Assembly (NCBI GenBank): GCA_023515725.1
Contig: JALDTO010000215.1
Location: 85,052-149,051, forward strand
Source: Amoeboaphelidium protococcarum X5
Lineage: Eukaryota > Fungi > Aphelidiomycota
Length of the DNA stretch: 64,000 nucleotides
Direction of reading: 5' to 3'
Part shown: piece by piece, positions 14,629 to 27,846 of the stretch
How positions within the stretch are numbered: the stretch's first letter is position 1
Layout of the letters: each line of letters opens with the position of its first letter
Translations under genes and position numbers: made by a program
Notes under the pieces: generated by a model
Databases searched by the model: none
Told to the model about the DNA's origin: nothing
The model's input: only the letters and a program-made list of their open reading frames with translations

Positions 14629-14963
14629 TTTGTATGCAAATTGAATGCTTTATTATTATTAATTGATCCTAACGATGCGTGTAGAAGGACTAAAAGACGT
14701 TGTTTTACGGGCGGAACGAGACGGAACGGAATTGTTGTTCGTTCGCTCGTTTCGTTGTTGTTGTTTGACGGGCAACAGGGCGAAACGTTGAAAGAGGCGG
14801 GACGCGTCGATTCTTTCTCTCTGCTTGCTCCCTCCTTGTTTAATGGCGATTGTTCATTCACTGGAGCGTCTTCTCTTATCACGTACTAACGCCACACTTT
14901 CCACAATGAAGTGTTTCGTTGCGTAAATGAAGCAAAAGGTAGTATTAAGATCAACATTGTTAT

Positions 14964-17249
14964 TCAAAAGGAATACATCAAAATGTCAATCGGGCCGTAT
15001 TCTTCTTCTGACCATTATTTACTGAGAAGCCAGAATCGTGCTTCAACGTATGCAGCCAGTTTCAACATCAGTCCACCCTTCTGTGCATAGAATGCAGCCT
15101 TTCTATTTAGCAAGAATGGCCTAGCGGATGCAAACAAATCCAAGTCCGGATCCAGAGATCTTCCAAGCCCTTCGATAATCATAAGAGACACGACCAGATT
15201 AGTAAAGTCGGATTCGATTTTCACGTGATGATTACGGACCATATCCAAGACTTGAGTCAGTAGTTCACTTATAGAAATGTTTCCCAAACGGAAAGTCTGC
15301 AATTACACATCTGACACCAGTTGACTCATCTTTTACTAGAAACCAGAAAAATTGCTGCACTTAGCCTCCAGAACTTGTTCAAGGCGCAAATGCTACAGGT
15401 CTCGGAGTTCTGGTCTTCTGCGCAACTACCTCTCCGGTATTCTGCTTCTCTCCACCATCAATCGCGCGGCTAGAGCTCCATCTCCATCAGCGAGAGCACT
15501 GAATAAGTCTAAAAAGTTATTCAAATTCGTGTCATCCAACGTGGTAGTTAGTCCAGCATCTATAAATATTAGTCTAGGCTTAGTATATCCATTCTATATA
15601 GCCTCTCTCACTCTAAGCCTATTCACTTCATGTTTAGCTACTGCGGATTGCATTGGCAAGCTCGACTGCATGGAAGGGGAATACTGATGACCTTCGCTGT
15701 TGAACAGTTGCACAATTATGTTCCCAGGATGAAGATCGGAGTGAATAAAATTATCATCCAACATCATCTTGAGGAAAGCTAATAGACCAACATTAGCAAT
15801 CTTCTTCTTTACCAATTCAACTGATCGATTGAGTTACTTTCTTGTTGTCCTAGCTTAATGGTCATCCTCGGATTGAAGCAGATCTTCGTTCTTCTAGCTA
15901 TCACCTTCATCGCTATCACCGTATATAAAAGCTTTGATCGGAATACCGTCAGCAAAAGTCTCCGTGAGAACATCCTCAGCGACGTACTATTCAATTACGG
16001 AAGGAAATGAGACTTAAGTACAATCCATAGCCCCAGTGGCAGAACCGATCTGCGATCCAATGTTCAAAGCCATATCTATAGTGTTCTCCTTCCACTTCTT
16101 CCACGAGAATATCGAATCTGAATCTTGTCCATTATCGGGAAACGAGTTATCTGATACTAAATCCTAATTTATATCCCGATCCTTTAATCTCTTCTCATCA
16201 GCCTGATCAGAGTAAAAGTTCCGTCTAAAAGTTCTCAAATTCTCAGCTTCATGTCTCAAGTCAACCTGCTCCATCATGAATCTTTCAAACATTTGCACCT
16301 CTTCAGTTATACTCAGATACTCAATATTCTTAATCGGAAGCGCATCAATTAGTAGCGCGGCAAAATTCATCAGCTATAAATCCAGGTTGATGATTCTTGC
16401 AATGTGAGGATGTCGTACCTTCACGGCCACAATGCCTTGATTCTCTTCATCAGGCCATAGACGATCAGCATCAGGATGAGAGAGCCGCAGCTTTGCAATC
16501 GCGTCTTGAGACAGCTTCATCTTATACACAGATGCAATACATCCGCTGCCAATTAGTTCGCATTATTCAGTCACATCATCAAATATATCCGACGTTGATA
16601 CCCCAAACTGTGTTTTAAAAACGCGTTCTAAGTACTTGTTTTCATCTTTCTTATGTCTAAAGGAGCTACCTACATTATCATGAAGCTCAGTCAGCGTGTA
16701 GCACACCTCTTTACTGAACAGATCTGGTCTTGTTGCAGCCCATTGCCCCAGCTTGATAAATGTTGGTCCCATTGTAATTAGAGTGGTATGAAGGATATGA
16801 GGAAGTTTCCCATTCAAATATTTATAAAATTTACTTTAATCTAGATGTAGATAGTTTAAGGATATCAAGACCGATGATGTGAGAAATAATGGAGTGATAA
16901 TGATAGCAAGTTACACAGCACGCAGAGAACACTTTATGACATCAATGAGTAATTGCACAGGACGGAGTAGCAAATGCAAACATGATTTCACTTTATTCCA
17001 TAAAGTACTTTAGTTCGATGGCTATTCTTCTCTATGATTATGATTACTCTAATAGACAGCCCTGGAATATTACGAGGGAACGTCCGTATTATACGGGCAC
17101 CATTAGTCTTGATTAAGGAATCTAGAGTTATATTTCTGAGCACTAACACTGTAAATAGTACGGATTCTGCTTAATTGATAAAAGCTATCATGCATCTACC
17201 TGCATCGAAAAAGTCTATTTACAGGCAAGAATTTACAGGCTCTAATCAT
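14964..17249 (-). CDS. Mitochondrial ABC1/UbiB atypical kinase (ADCK2/Cqd1-like)
   Basis: Four ORF-track fragments share one frame: GPTFIKLGQWAATRPDLF, VAVKVRHP, QVDLRHEA, FLKMMLDDNFIHSDLHPGNI, IDAGL, IIEGLGRSLDPDLDLF; basic presequence. Confidence 0.93.
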
Positions 17250-17396
17250 AATTAAAGACCAACTTATGGAATATTACGCAACTCCCTGAGATTAAAATAA
17301 GATGAAAATGAAAAAATCGAGATCCGTTAATCTTCGCGATCTTAAATCAATCGAATGAATGCAGTTTTGTTATTGCAATCACCAATTATTTTAAAA

Positions 17397-17981
17397 ATGA
17401 TTAATCTTTAACCTCTTTAGTTTCTGAGTAGAATATTGTTTGATCCTAAATTATTACGACCATCAGCAAAAATTGTATCTCCGGCGACTATCGATACTGC
17501 AGCGAAATGGTAATAATTGATGGAATCTGGTGTGGGAGTTAAGACTGGACAGAATGTGATATTATTGATTGATAAAGACAACTGCTGGTGTCATCCGCGT
17601 CAAGATTCTGTATATGAGGAATATCGATAGTCTTTTACAGCGATGAGCGAGTCATTTCAGAATGTTTATTGGCTCAGTAATACCATTTCTTTGGATCCTC
17701 AGTATCGCGATTCTAATTAGAAGTTTGAAGGCCTTGAAGTGATTCCAGTCACTTCTAAAAAGCCAGCATGTGGAGAGGAAGTTGAGAAATTCCTGCGGAC
17801 GCGTCACTTTGACTTTGAATATTCTCAAGTCGTCATGATGGGTGATAGAGTGCTCACTGATGTCCTGATGTCTAATGATCGAGGATGGAAATCAATTCTG
17901 GTATAGACGGTGATCGACGAGTCAGCCGAAGGTTATGGTGCTTTTATATTTCGAAAGATTGAGCGAATGTTTTTAATTTGA
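17397..17981 (+). CDS. GEP4: Mitochondrial phosphatidylglycerophosphatase (HAD IIIA)
   Basis: LLIDKDNC, LSNT, KKPACG, VVMMGDRVLTDVLMSN motifs; absent from the ORF track. Confidence 0.88.
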
Positions 17982-18356
17982 TACAGTAATAGACTTCAAT
18001 TGCTATTAAATTAATATTCCCTCATAATTTCTTTACCTACATTGATGTTTATTAGATTTCTGTACACGTTACCATAGATGTATTCAACGTGATTCAGCGC
18101 AGGTACCGATTCCTGATTGAACGAACCTGTGTACTGTTCATCATAGACATAGCACAGTAATATCTTGACACGATTTGAAGAGCGCATTTACTGCAAACTA
18201 TCTGTTAAAATTTGCTAGTGGGTCCTACAATAGACTAGTTCCATTGTACATGTGAATTTGACAGAAAGGGGAAGTGATTGATCAAGGGGCCAATGAGCTG
18301 AATAGAAAGATTGTTTGATAATACCACTCAGCTCTTTTCTAAAATTCAGCACAAAA

Positions 18357-19472
18357 ATGGCATAGTATTTCTTTGCATTTGTGCTGCTTATAGCTCAAGC
18401 CTGTAATGCTACTCCGGTGGTCGAAGACAAGCTTGTTCCGGTCTTGGAAGTTTCTGTTTAGCTACCTGAATTTAACTCGTATGCGAAAGTGTGCCCTCCT
18501 GCACTGGAATATAAACTCTAGCCTGCTGCTTTGAGATATCCATTCCAAGCTCAATGCAGTATCGTGGTTTAACCTCTCTGTTCTTTTGGCCAATAAACTA
18601 TCGACTTTGTTACTTTATACCAATAATATAAATTCAATAAATTTTTGGCGTTCAAGGTCAGATGCGCTCCATCCATGGTAAAAATGCTGTCCGTTTATAA
18701 AGTTGAATGGCGCGTAGATATCGAATTTCCCGGGGAGACTGATGCTCATGGTACAGGGTCTGAGTACTGCAGTGATGTCAAGTTGCAATAGCCGACTGAA
18801 ATTGAGATTCGGAATTTGGAAATTGCAAATTTGAACGAGAGAAGGATGTTTGTCCCCAAGTTATCAGTCACCGTTTACGGTACTTAATCTTAGTACGATT
18901 AAGTGCTCAAATGGCGTGATTTGACTCAAAGTTTTACTTTTTCGTCACTGGGGCAAAATTTATGGACCCAAGTACTTGATTAAGATTCTCATTTGGATTC
19001 AGAGTCCGATTCCGACTTGGATATACAACTTGTTACGCGAGATGATCGCATCAAGTGCCATCTTAATGTGTTAAAGGCGTCAGCAGGCCCAGGCTCTTAT
19101 TTTACCATTGTACCAAAAGGAACTTATAAAGTATCTCTGGATTTGTATCCATCGAATGTGGTGTTTTCGGCATTGTAAATGATCTACATTGGGGAAACTG
19201 ATATCGCCTCCGCCAAAATGTCTGGGATGACTTTCAGTGACAAGATTGATTTTGTGGGATTAATCTACCGTTTTGGAGTCAAATTTGCGTTTGCTAGCGT
19301 GATATCCTTAAGCGTCTTCTTATTGAAGAGTTTGACTAATTCAGAGAGTGTTGGTAAGATTGGCGCCATATTAACTCTTGATAGTTCCGTAGAAGGTGAC
19401 AAGTTCTTGTAGTAGATGTACAATGTCGCTGCACTCAACTCTGTAGGTTAGTCACTGCTATCCGGAATTTGA
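18357..19472 (+). CDS. Signal-peptide-bearing protein with C-terminal BTB/POZ domain
   Basis: MAQYFFAFVLLIAQACNA-TP hydrophobic leader; one open frame; SDLDIQLVTRDDRIKCHLNVLKASAGPGSYF...VSLDLYPSNVVFSALQMIYIGE is BTB-like. Confidence 0.75.
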
Positions 19473-19610
19473 AAGTAGATTTATCAGAATTTAAATATTA
19501 GAAAATTGATTATAATAGAGAATTTAACATTGTTTTATCTTATATTACAGTTACCAGTGAACTATTACAATCGTGAGGAAACTCTAAGGTATTAAAACCC
19601 ACATGTAATG

Positions 19611-20972
19611 TCACTCAGTATTACTTTGATGAACAGTGTTGACATATGATCGCTCCACTCTGAATATCAACCAAACGTTACGCCGAAGTATCTCAACAAT
19701 CATCAATGTGTACATTGACCAGTTCGGATGCAAGTTATATCCATAATACTCGATCATTATCTTTATGAGCCAAGAGAACCGCGCCAGGAAGTTGAATAAG
19801 CAGAGCGCATAATAAAGACTGTGAGACGATTAAAGTTTAGAACTTCCACTTGCAATCGTATGTTGACCAGCCCGTCGAGGTGAAGATAGAACTAGATCAT
19901 TCTAGTCCTCTCCAATTAAAGGTTAGACCAACATCACTTTATTGTCGATGTAAAGTAAAGGATACACGATAAAGTGATGCCATTAAACGAGCAAGTGCTG
20001 TCTCAGGTAGCCAAATCGACGCTATCCAAGTTCCCAATCGTAAAAAATATCCCAGTATAAACTAAACGATGAATTGAATATTGCACATACAAACCATGCA
20101 GCCAAGATGTAACTGTTTTGTTTATTATCAAATATCCGGAGAAGATAAGCACACGTTAATACAGGAAGGATACTGCAATATTTAAGACCGTTCCAAAATT
20201 GATGCTTCTGCCCACAGCGATAATCGGCGACACATTATCGCAATCGTATGAGGTACGGAGTTGAGATGAGCATGAATACAAAGATTGAATTATTACAGCG
20301 TGAGCTCTAGTAAGAGTCCAAATCGTACGAAGTTAAAAATGAACACATGATGACAGATAGATCACCAAATGCTCTAGAGTAAGAAGTGAGAACATCCGCG
20401 AATAACACTTAGCTGAGCTTAGTTTACTGCGTCATGGGAGAGTATACAGCGGTGGATATTAGGTAAGACATGAGTGCCAGAAGATTGGAATTCTACCGCA
20501 TAATGTATAGAGCAACGCCAGCGAATGAGACACAAGACATCAATATAACAAAGGCTTCATCCAAATCAGCTAAACTCTGCGGATGCTAGCCAAAGTTTTA
20601 TTATTAATCTCTGATAAGGGTGAAAATCACCATCCAGAACAGTGTAAGCGCGGTAAGCCAGAAGCTCAGCAGTCTCAGCGACCGCAGTAGCTGCACAAAA
20701 CTAGACTCTGAGTGACTGGACTCATACTAAATCAACCTCAGAAAATCAATTCCAGCATTAGCGAGCACTTGCAGACTTAGAGCGAATAAATATATGCCTA
20801 GCGTTATAAGCAACATCGATCGATACATGGGTGGCAGAATCTACTCCAACTCGACATCAAGCCATGAAACTGGAAGCATGAGCCAGGACAGTCCAATGAA
20901 GGACACCAGAAGGATAATGTACAATCTGTTTCGCTAATAAAATGGCTTCCCCCCTGCTGACATATATGGCAT
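19611..20972 (-). CDS. ERD1: EXS-only membrane protein (Erd1-like)
   Basis: LPPMYRSMLLITLGIYLFALSLQVL, FADVLTSYSRAFGDL, YWDIFYDWELG, EILRRNVWLIFRVE; no SPX domain; absent from the ORF track. Confidence 0.85.
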
Positions 20973-21117
20973 GTATTTATTTCTATACTTGTTTCAAATC
21001 TTTATAGCTTCAACTATAAGTGGGAATACGGATATATCAATGAGAAACGTTACTAAAGGAGAAAGGTTGATAAATCTCTCGTCACTCGATCACCGCAGAA
21101 TTTCAATTGAAGACGAG

Positions 21118-22001
21118 ATGAAGTTGAATGAGGATACAGTATTGGTATTCTTTTTTTATTGTCATCTTCTTACAAAACATATGTAAATATTGTAGTTGAA
21201 TGGCGATATAATGCTTGTGCCGTACACTAGAGAACACGTTCCTGCTTATCACTAATGGATGCAGGATCCAATCTTGAGAGGTAATCTGCCAGATACGCGT
21301 CCGCTGATTAACCTCATATAATTAAAGACGGTAGAGTAAACTGCAAGCGAACCTCTCACGTTAGATGAAGAATACGAAATGCAATAAAAATGGCGACTAG
21401 ATGATGATAGTAAGTCACAGCGTTATATTATCCGAAGAATCATTTAATCGTGTAGAACTGACGTTTATCATCATGCATCGCGATAACACTCTGAAAGTGT
21501 AAAACGAGAGCGCGAGATTCAACTATGGAAGTAAGCTATTTGTACTTTACATGATCAACTTTATCATCTCTCAGTAATTATAATAATCTTCTTTTCCAGG
21601 TAGACATGATTGGAGATGTGAATATATTCTTGCACAAAGAACAACGGGATGAAGGCAGTCCCGCAGACAACGCTAATCAAGAAGATCAAGTGGGCGAGAT
21701 TGAGATTATGATCGCTGAGAGTGCGGCAAGGAAACGCGGAATCGGTCGCCTGTGTGTCTAGATGATGCTTCTTTACGCGTAGAGGAATTTACAATTGAAA
21801 CGAGTGATGGCCAAAGTGAGTGAGAACAATCTCGGATCACTGGCGCTGTTTCGCAATCTTGGCTTCACTCAGTGTGCATACAGTAAGGTATTTGAAGAGT
21901 ACACATTCGAACTGAGTCTCACCGAAGATGATATTAAGGACTATCCGCAATACTAGAATTTAAGATATTCAGAAATTTTGGGTATTGTTGATAATAAATG
22001 A
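21118..22001 (+). CDS. NAT9: NAT9-family GNAT acetyltransferase; introns 21145-21195, 21281-21334, 21410-21455, 21531-21603
   Basis: Spliced product MKLNEDTVL...LVPYTREHVPAYHQWMQDP...TASEPLTLDEEYEMQQKWRLDDDKLTFII...MIGDVNIFL...GEIEIMIAE; all four GT-AG introns restore frame. Confidence 0.9.
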
Positions 22002-22303
22002 TCATCAAACAAAATACTCCCCCGTGTCATGCTCTGAAACGTTTTCTCTTCATTGCACGCCCAAAAGAAAAGCTTATCTCATTGGACAAACGACTCGACG
22101 ATCTGCTTTCCTCGAGTTTTTCATCCGTGTCTGCCACTTTGCATTTCCTCCCATCGTCTTACAGTATTTAGTATAGTCTTTGGCTTTAGTTCATATTTGA
22201 GATTTAAGATTTATTATTTATTTACATACATTACCCATTATTACTCCTAGAGATTGATATATAAGTATATTCTAAATAATTCAAGTCTTCTAATTCTAAT
22301 ATC

Positions 22304-25300
22304 ATGCCGAACTAGCAGTATTCACTTACTCTGGCCTCTAATGCCACACCTGGTAGCATGCGAAAACGTGAGAATGGTGTCTTGAAGGCAATGAAGAAAG
22401 CAATGAGGTTTATCATGGACTGTCTAATTCACATTTGGGAATTCTTGACATTTACTAGGCGGACTCCTACCTTGAAGGAATAGCGGACGATTTATATTAA
22501 TTAGGAGCCAGATTCTGCTGAGATTGTTAAACCGCGCTCACTCTTGTCCAAGATATTGCCGTCTTTTGGTGGTGGGAAGGATAATACTTAGTCGCATCAT
22601 TAGCTGCCGAGGTATCCATCGAATGCAGTATATACTACCAAGTACAATCTGATCACCTTCCTGCCCAAGAATTTATTCGAGCAGTTCAGGCGACTGGCTA
22701 ATTTCTACTTTCTCGCCATGGTGGTTGTTCAATCGCTACCATAATTCTAGTAGACTAGTCCCTTCTTCTCTGCTCTGCCTATTACGTTTATTGTGCTTGT
22801 AACTGCTGCTAAAGATGCCTTTGAAGATTGGCGACGAAGAGTTAGTGACTCGGAGATGAATAACAATACCTGCTACATCTTGGACAATGTCAGGAATCAC
22901 AATATTCTGCATGATAGATGGTCACATTTAAAGATGAGATTTAATGAGCACAAGGCGCGATGGATGCAAAAGTTGAGAAAATAGGATGATAAAGATGGTG
23001 CACCTAGTGTACATTCTCTTATACACGACGGTGAAGAGTCTGTTAAAGAAGGTGGTCCTTATTGGCGTTAATCAACGTGGAAGAATGTACGCGTTGGAGA
23101 TTTCGTTAAGTTGTCTAATAATTAGTCAATTCCGGCGGATATACTTGTCTTGTCCACTAGTGAGAGTGACGGTGTGTGTTATATCGAGACCAAGAATTTG
23201 GATGGAGAGACCAACTTGAAGTTGCGTAGTGCTTTGTAAGAGACGCAGCATATTGATTCCGCAGCTGATTGCAGTAGATTCGAATGTAAAATTGTAGCTG
23301 AGCCTGCGCACGTTAATCTCTACTCTGTATAAGCGGCGCTCACTGTCAAGTTGTCTGAAGAAGAGACTAAAGTATATCCGCTGACTATAAAAGAGACGCT
23401 TCTTCGTGGTTGCACTCTTCGTAATACCAAATGGGTCATCGGAATAGTGATGTACACTGGATCAGAGTGTAAAGTTATTCTGAATGCAGGCAAAACTCCA
23501 TCGAAGCGTAGTCGTGTTGAAAAGTTGATGAACTTGTAGGTGTTGTTGAATCTTCTCCTGCTGGTCATTCTGTGTGTGCTGATTGCTCTTATCCATGGCA
23601 TAGTTTCCGCGGATGATATCAACGATGGCTCAGCTCTGGATCGACCACCTCAAGATTTGGTCACGTCTAGTTTGGCGGTTTTTGTTGTCAGTCTGATCAT
23701 GCTGTAGAACTTTGTACCCATCTCGTTGTACGTCACGTCTGAAATTGTAAAGGTTGCATAGGCTTACTTTATCTGGCAAGATTTAGACATGTACTACGAG
23801 GAACTTGATCTGCCTTGTGTACCAAAGACTTGGACTATATCTGACGACTTGGGTCAAATTGAGTATATCTTTAGTGATAAGACTGGTACCTTGACTAGGA
23901 ATGTGATGGAGTTTAGATAGTGCTCCATTAATGGTGTGGTATACGGTGGGTGTTAGGAGGATGAGGTTGAAGAAGAAGTTGCCCAGCCTCTTCCATCCAG
24001 CCGTTAACGTTTATCAAAGCAGGAGAGCATTGCCATGTCTGAGTAGAGCATGATTAGAGATTTGGAGAATTTTTACAATAATCCATACGCTGACGATAAA
24101 GTTACCTTTGTTGATCCTAATTTTGTGCGTGATTTGCATTACGGATCTCCAGATGACTAGTAGTAGAAGGAGAAGATTAAAGAGTTTTTCATGCATCTGG
24201 CCTTGTGTCATACAGTTCTTAGTGAGCAGAGCAAAGATGAAGATGATAAGCCGCATATCCTTTATAAGGCTTAGTCTCCTGATGAAGCAGCTCTGGTAGC
24301 TACTGCCAAGAATGTTGGCTTCACGTTTCTGGAGAGATCTGGGGACGATTTGATTATCGATGCTCTGGGTTAGAAGATTAGAGTCACCGTGCTAGAGTAT
24401 CTGGAGTTCAATAGTGCGCGAAAGAGAATGTCTGTCATTGTTCGGCACTAGGATGGGAAGATTGTTCTGTACTGCAAAGGCGCGGATAATGTTATCATGC
24501 AGAGGTGTAAATCCGGGCAGGATGCTATGAAATAGATTGTCGGGGATCACTTGGAGCAATTTGCTGCTGAAGGTCTGAGAACACTCTGTCTTGCAAAGAA
24601 GGATATTGATGAATAGTTTTTCAAGGAGTGGTATGTTCGGTACTAGGAAGCAGCGTCTTCGCTTGATAATAGAGATGATCAAATGGATGATGTTGCAGAG
24701 TAGATAGAGACAGACATGGAGCTCATAGGCGCTACAGCTATCGAGGATCAGTTGCAAGAAGGCGTGCCTGAGTGTATTTAATTTTTAAAAAGAGGTGGAA
24801 TTAAAGTGTGGGTGCTTACTGGTGATAAGATGGAGACGGCTATTAATATCGGTTATTCATGTTCTCTGTTAAGTTAAGGCATGTAGTTGATTATAATTAA
24901 GGCTGATAATGAACAATAGGCTGCGTATTAGTTGAAGATTGCTTTAGAAAAATGCTTTCACCTTGATGTGAAGTAGCTGTTGCAGCATTATTTCTAATAA
25001 GGTCTCTTGGATGAAGCTTATTATCACTCACTGCAGCACCACAATCATTCTGTAGATATGAATGATGTCCTACCTGAGATGGACTCTCGGAATGATGAGG
25101 ACGATGATAATGATGCATTCGGTGTTAATGGTCCTTAAAAGTATGCAATTATCATTGATGGAGATGCTTTAAAATTTATGAATGATATGCTGGTGTCTCG
25201 ACTATTTCTGGAGCTGAGTGCTCGAACTACGGCTGTAATATGCTGTAGAGTCTCTCCCAAGTAGAAAGCCCAAGTGGTCGATCTGGTGAAGAAGAATCGT

Positions 25301-26773
25301 CGCGCTATGACTTTGGCTATTGGTGATGGTGCCAATGATGTGTCCATGATATAGAAGGCCAATGTGGGGGTGGGCATAAATGGAAAGGAAGGTATGTAGG
25401 CTGTGATGGCCAGTGATTATGCCGTTGGACAGTTTCGGTATTTGAGTAAACTGCTGCTGGTTCATGGTCGATGGTCGTATTTCCGTATTGCTGAGATGGC
25501 GTTGCAAATGTTTTATAAGAATATGGTTTGGACTGTGGTGCTCTTCTGGTACCAGATTTATTGTGGATGGACAGGTACGATTCTATATGACTTCTTTCTG
25601 ATTCTATTTTACAATCTATTCTACACTGGCCTGCCTCCTATCATCATTGGAGCGTTCGACAGAGATATCAATGACAGGCTTTCTATGTTGGTGCCTGAGG
25701 TATATGTTCACGGTATAAAGTAAAAGTTGTACACTTACAAACAATTTATACTGTACATCATTGATGGCGTTTATTAGAGTTTAGTCTGTTTTTACATTGC
25801 CTTTCTGGCAGCTGGAAATGGAAGTATAGTTTATGATGGATACGTTGCAGATAAGGCCGTTTTAGGAACTCTGGCGTCTACCTGTGCTGTACTGGTTGCC
25901 AATCTGTACATGGGCTTTGATAATCTTGCTTGGACATGGCTGTCTTTCTTCTCATATGGGATTGGTATTCTAATCTATTTCCTGATGGCTATAATTGTTT
26001 CGTTTATTAAAGGCTCGTCACTGTATGGTCTTGGATTTCAATTATTCGGCTCGCCCGTGTTTTATCTATCTGTCATACTGTCTGTGGTGATTTGTATGCT
26101 GCCTCGGTATTTGTATAAGTACAGCTAAGTTCTGATTAGTCCTAGTGATATAGATATTCTCAGAGAAATTATAAAGTACAATCTGGTTGCCGAGCGTAAC
26201 AAAATCCATGGTGATCGTGAGGATGATTTGATTAAAAAGTATGTGCCATCCAACATGGCTTCAAGGGAGGATATGTCTCAGGCCCTGGGAAGTAGTTAAG
26301 TGATGGAGATGTAACCTATCCCGCCGCGAAATCTTTCAATGGGACATAGAACTTCCTCGTTATAGCGGTTGAATGAAGAGATTAGGAACAAAGTGGTCCG
26401 CCCGCTTAAGAAGAGCCTCCGTGATCTGCGCACGAAATCGCTCCTGGTTATTGGTGGTAATGCTTCGGAGCCTAATAGAGGATTTGCATTCTCCCAAGAA
26501 CCGGGAATGGCTTTGAGAATATAGCGCGTTCAGAGTCGATCCGATAATATGTCTGACCGTAACGCGTCAAGCTCTTTGCGAAAACAGTCTACTGGTGCGT
26601 CTATAGGCTAGCAGATATCTCCTCTAACCCCACTTGGTCCTATCAGTCCGCCAAGTCCTATTATACCGTCGCGCCATGACAGTTTGAAAGAGTCCACTGT
26701 ACGAACATTCCTATCATAGCAAGATGACCACGACACTGATAACACTGGTGGTAAGGCTTCTAGTTTATAATGA
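22304..26773 (+). CDS. P4-type ATPase phospholipid flippase catalytic subunit
   Basis: [86 protein letters not shown]; single frame ending TAA-TGA. Confidence 0.97.
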
Positions 26774-27079
26774 ATGCATTTCAAGAAGAATGAAGAAGAA
26801 ATACATTTACACTATCTGTCGATCTCGAACAAAATAGACCTCAATTAATTCATTTACCAATATCATTCTTTTCGATTACGGGATATAGCAACTTAATATT
26901 TCTTACTCGATTTTTTAGATGAAATCTAAGCTATTCGAGCTCTTGTGATACACCTTGGTGTATCGTTATTGTAGGATAATCCAATCGATTTGACATCTAC
27001 CGGTTAACATTAATGAATCTCAGGGGAGAGTAATGCCCTTATTCAGACTGAAAACGCAATTTAAACGAAACATATTAAA

Positions 27080-27631
27080 ATGCCTAGAGGAACCAACACC
27101 GATTCCGCTAGACGAGATAATGATGTTGATATCAACACAATGATGATGATCTCAGATCCGAATAATCCACGTAATGACGAGATGTGGTCCAATACCGAGT
27201 ACGCAAAAACAGTCTGTGTGGAGTACCTTGGACCCGCTAACGTTATCCATGGTAGATTATGGGGACAGCCTGAGTACTATTACATTAATTTAGTTGTACA
27301 AGCTGCAGATTACACAATGCCTGCGCGCAATGTAGTCTTTATTGTGGTCACCGGATCTAACAAGACGCGCCTGTCTGCTGAGGTGATGAAGGCTTTGTTG
27401 CCAGCTGATTAGCCTGTGCCTCAAGAGTTGGACGTGTGCTTTTAGAATCGCAGAGATTTGAGAATTACTGCAAAGTTATCGGATTGTGCGATTCCATCTT
27501 CTAGAGGAGATAACAATATTCTGGGAACTGACTTTTTACATAGATGCTGCGAAAGTTACCAATTTGGACATGGTGTCATAACTTTAACTTTGCGTGCCGA
27601 GTCGCGCATCATTGAGTCGTCACCACAGTGA
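27080..27631 (+). CDS. Retropepsin-like (clan AA) protein with degenerate catalytic motif
   Basis: VFIVVTGSNKTRLS (DTG position occupied by VTG) plus NILGTDFL motif; TGA 27629-27631. Confidence 0.65.
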
Positions 27632-27846
27632 GAAATTGTACTAACGTATTTAGCTAATAACAAATTGTTGAATGTTGAATAGTGGAGGAAGTTTTAAAGA
27701 TTATAATTATTTCAATTAGACTGCAGGCGTGGACTTCTCTAAGGAAGCGCAAAAGGCTTTAACTTCATAAGCAATTGTTACATCATTGGCGTACCATACT
27801 AATTTCATATATAAAGTTCATAATTTTACTACCGCCAACATTATAA

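Noticed and set aside
19611-20972. Initial guess of dolichol kinase
   Set aside because: EXS motifs (ADVLTSY, WDIFYDW, RRxxWxxFRVE) identify an Erd1-like protein.
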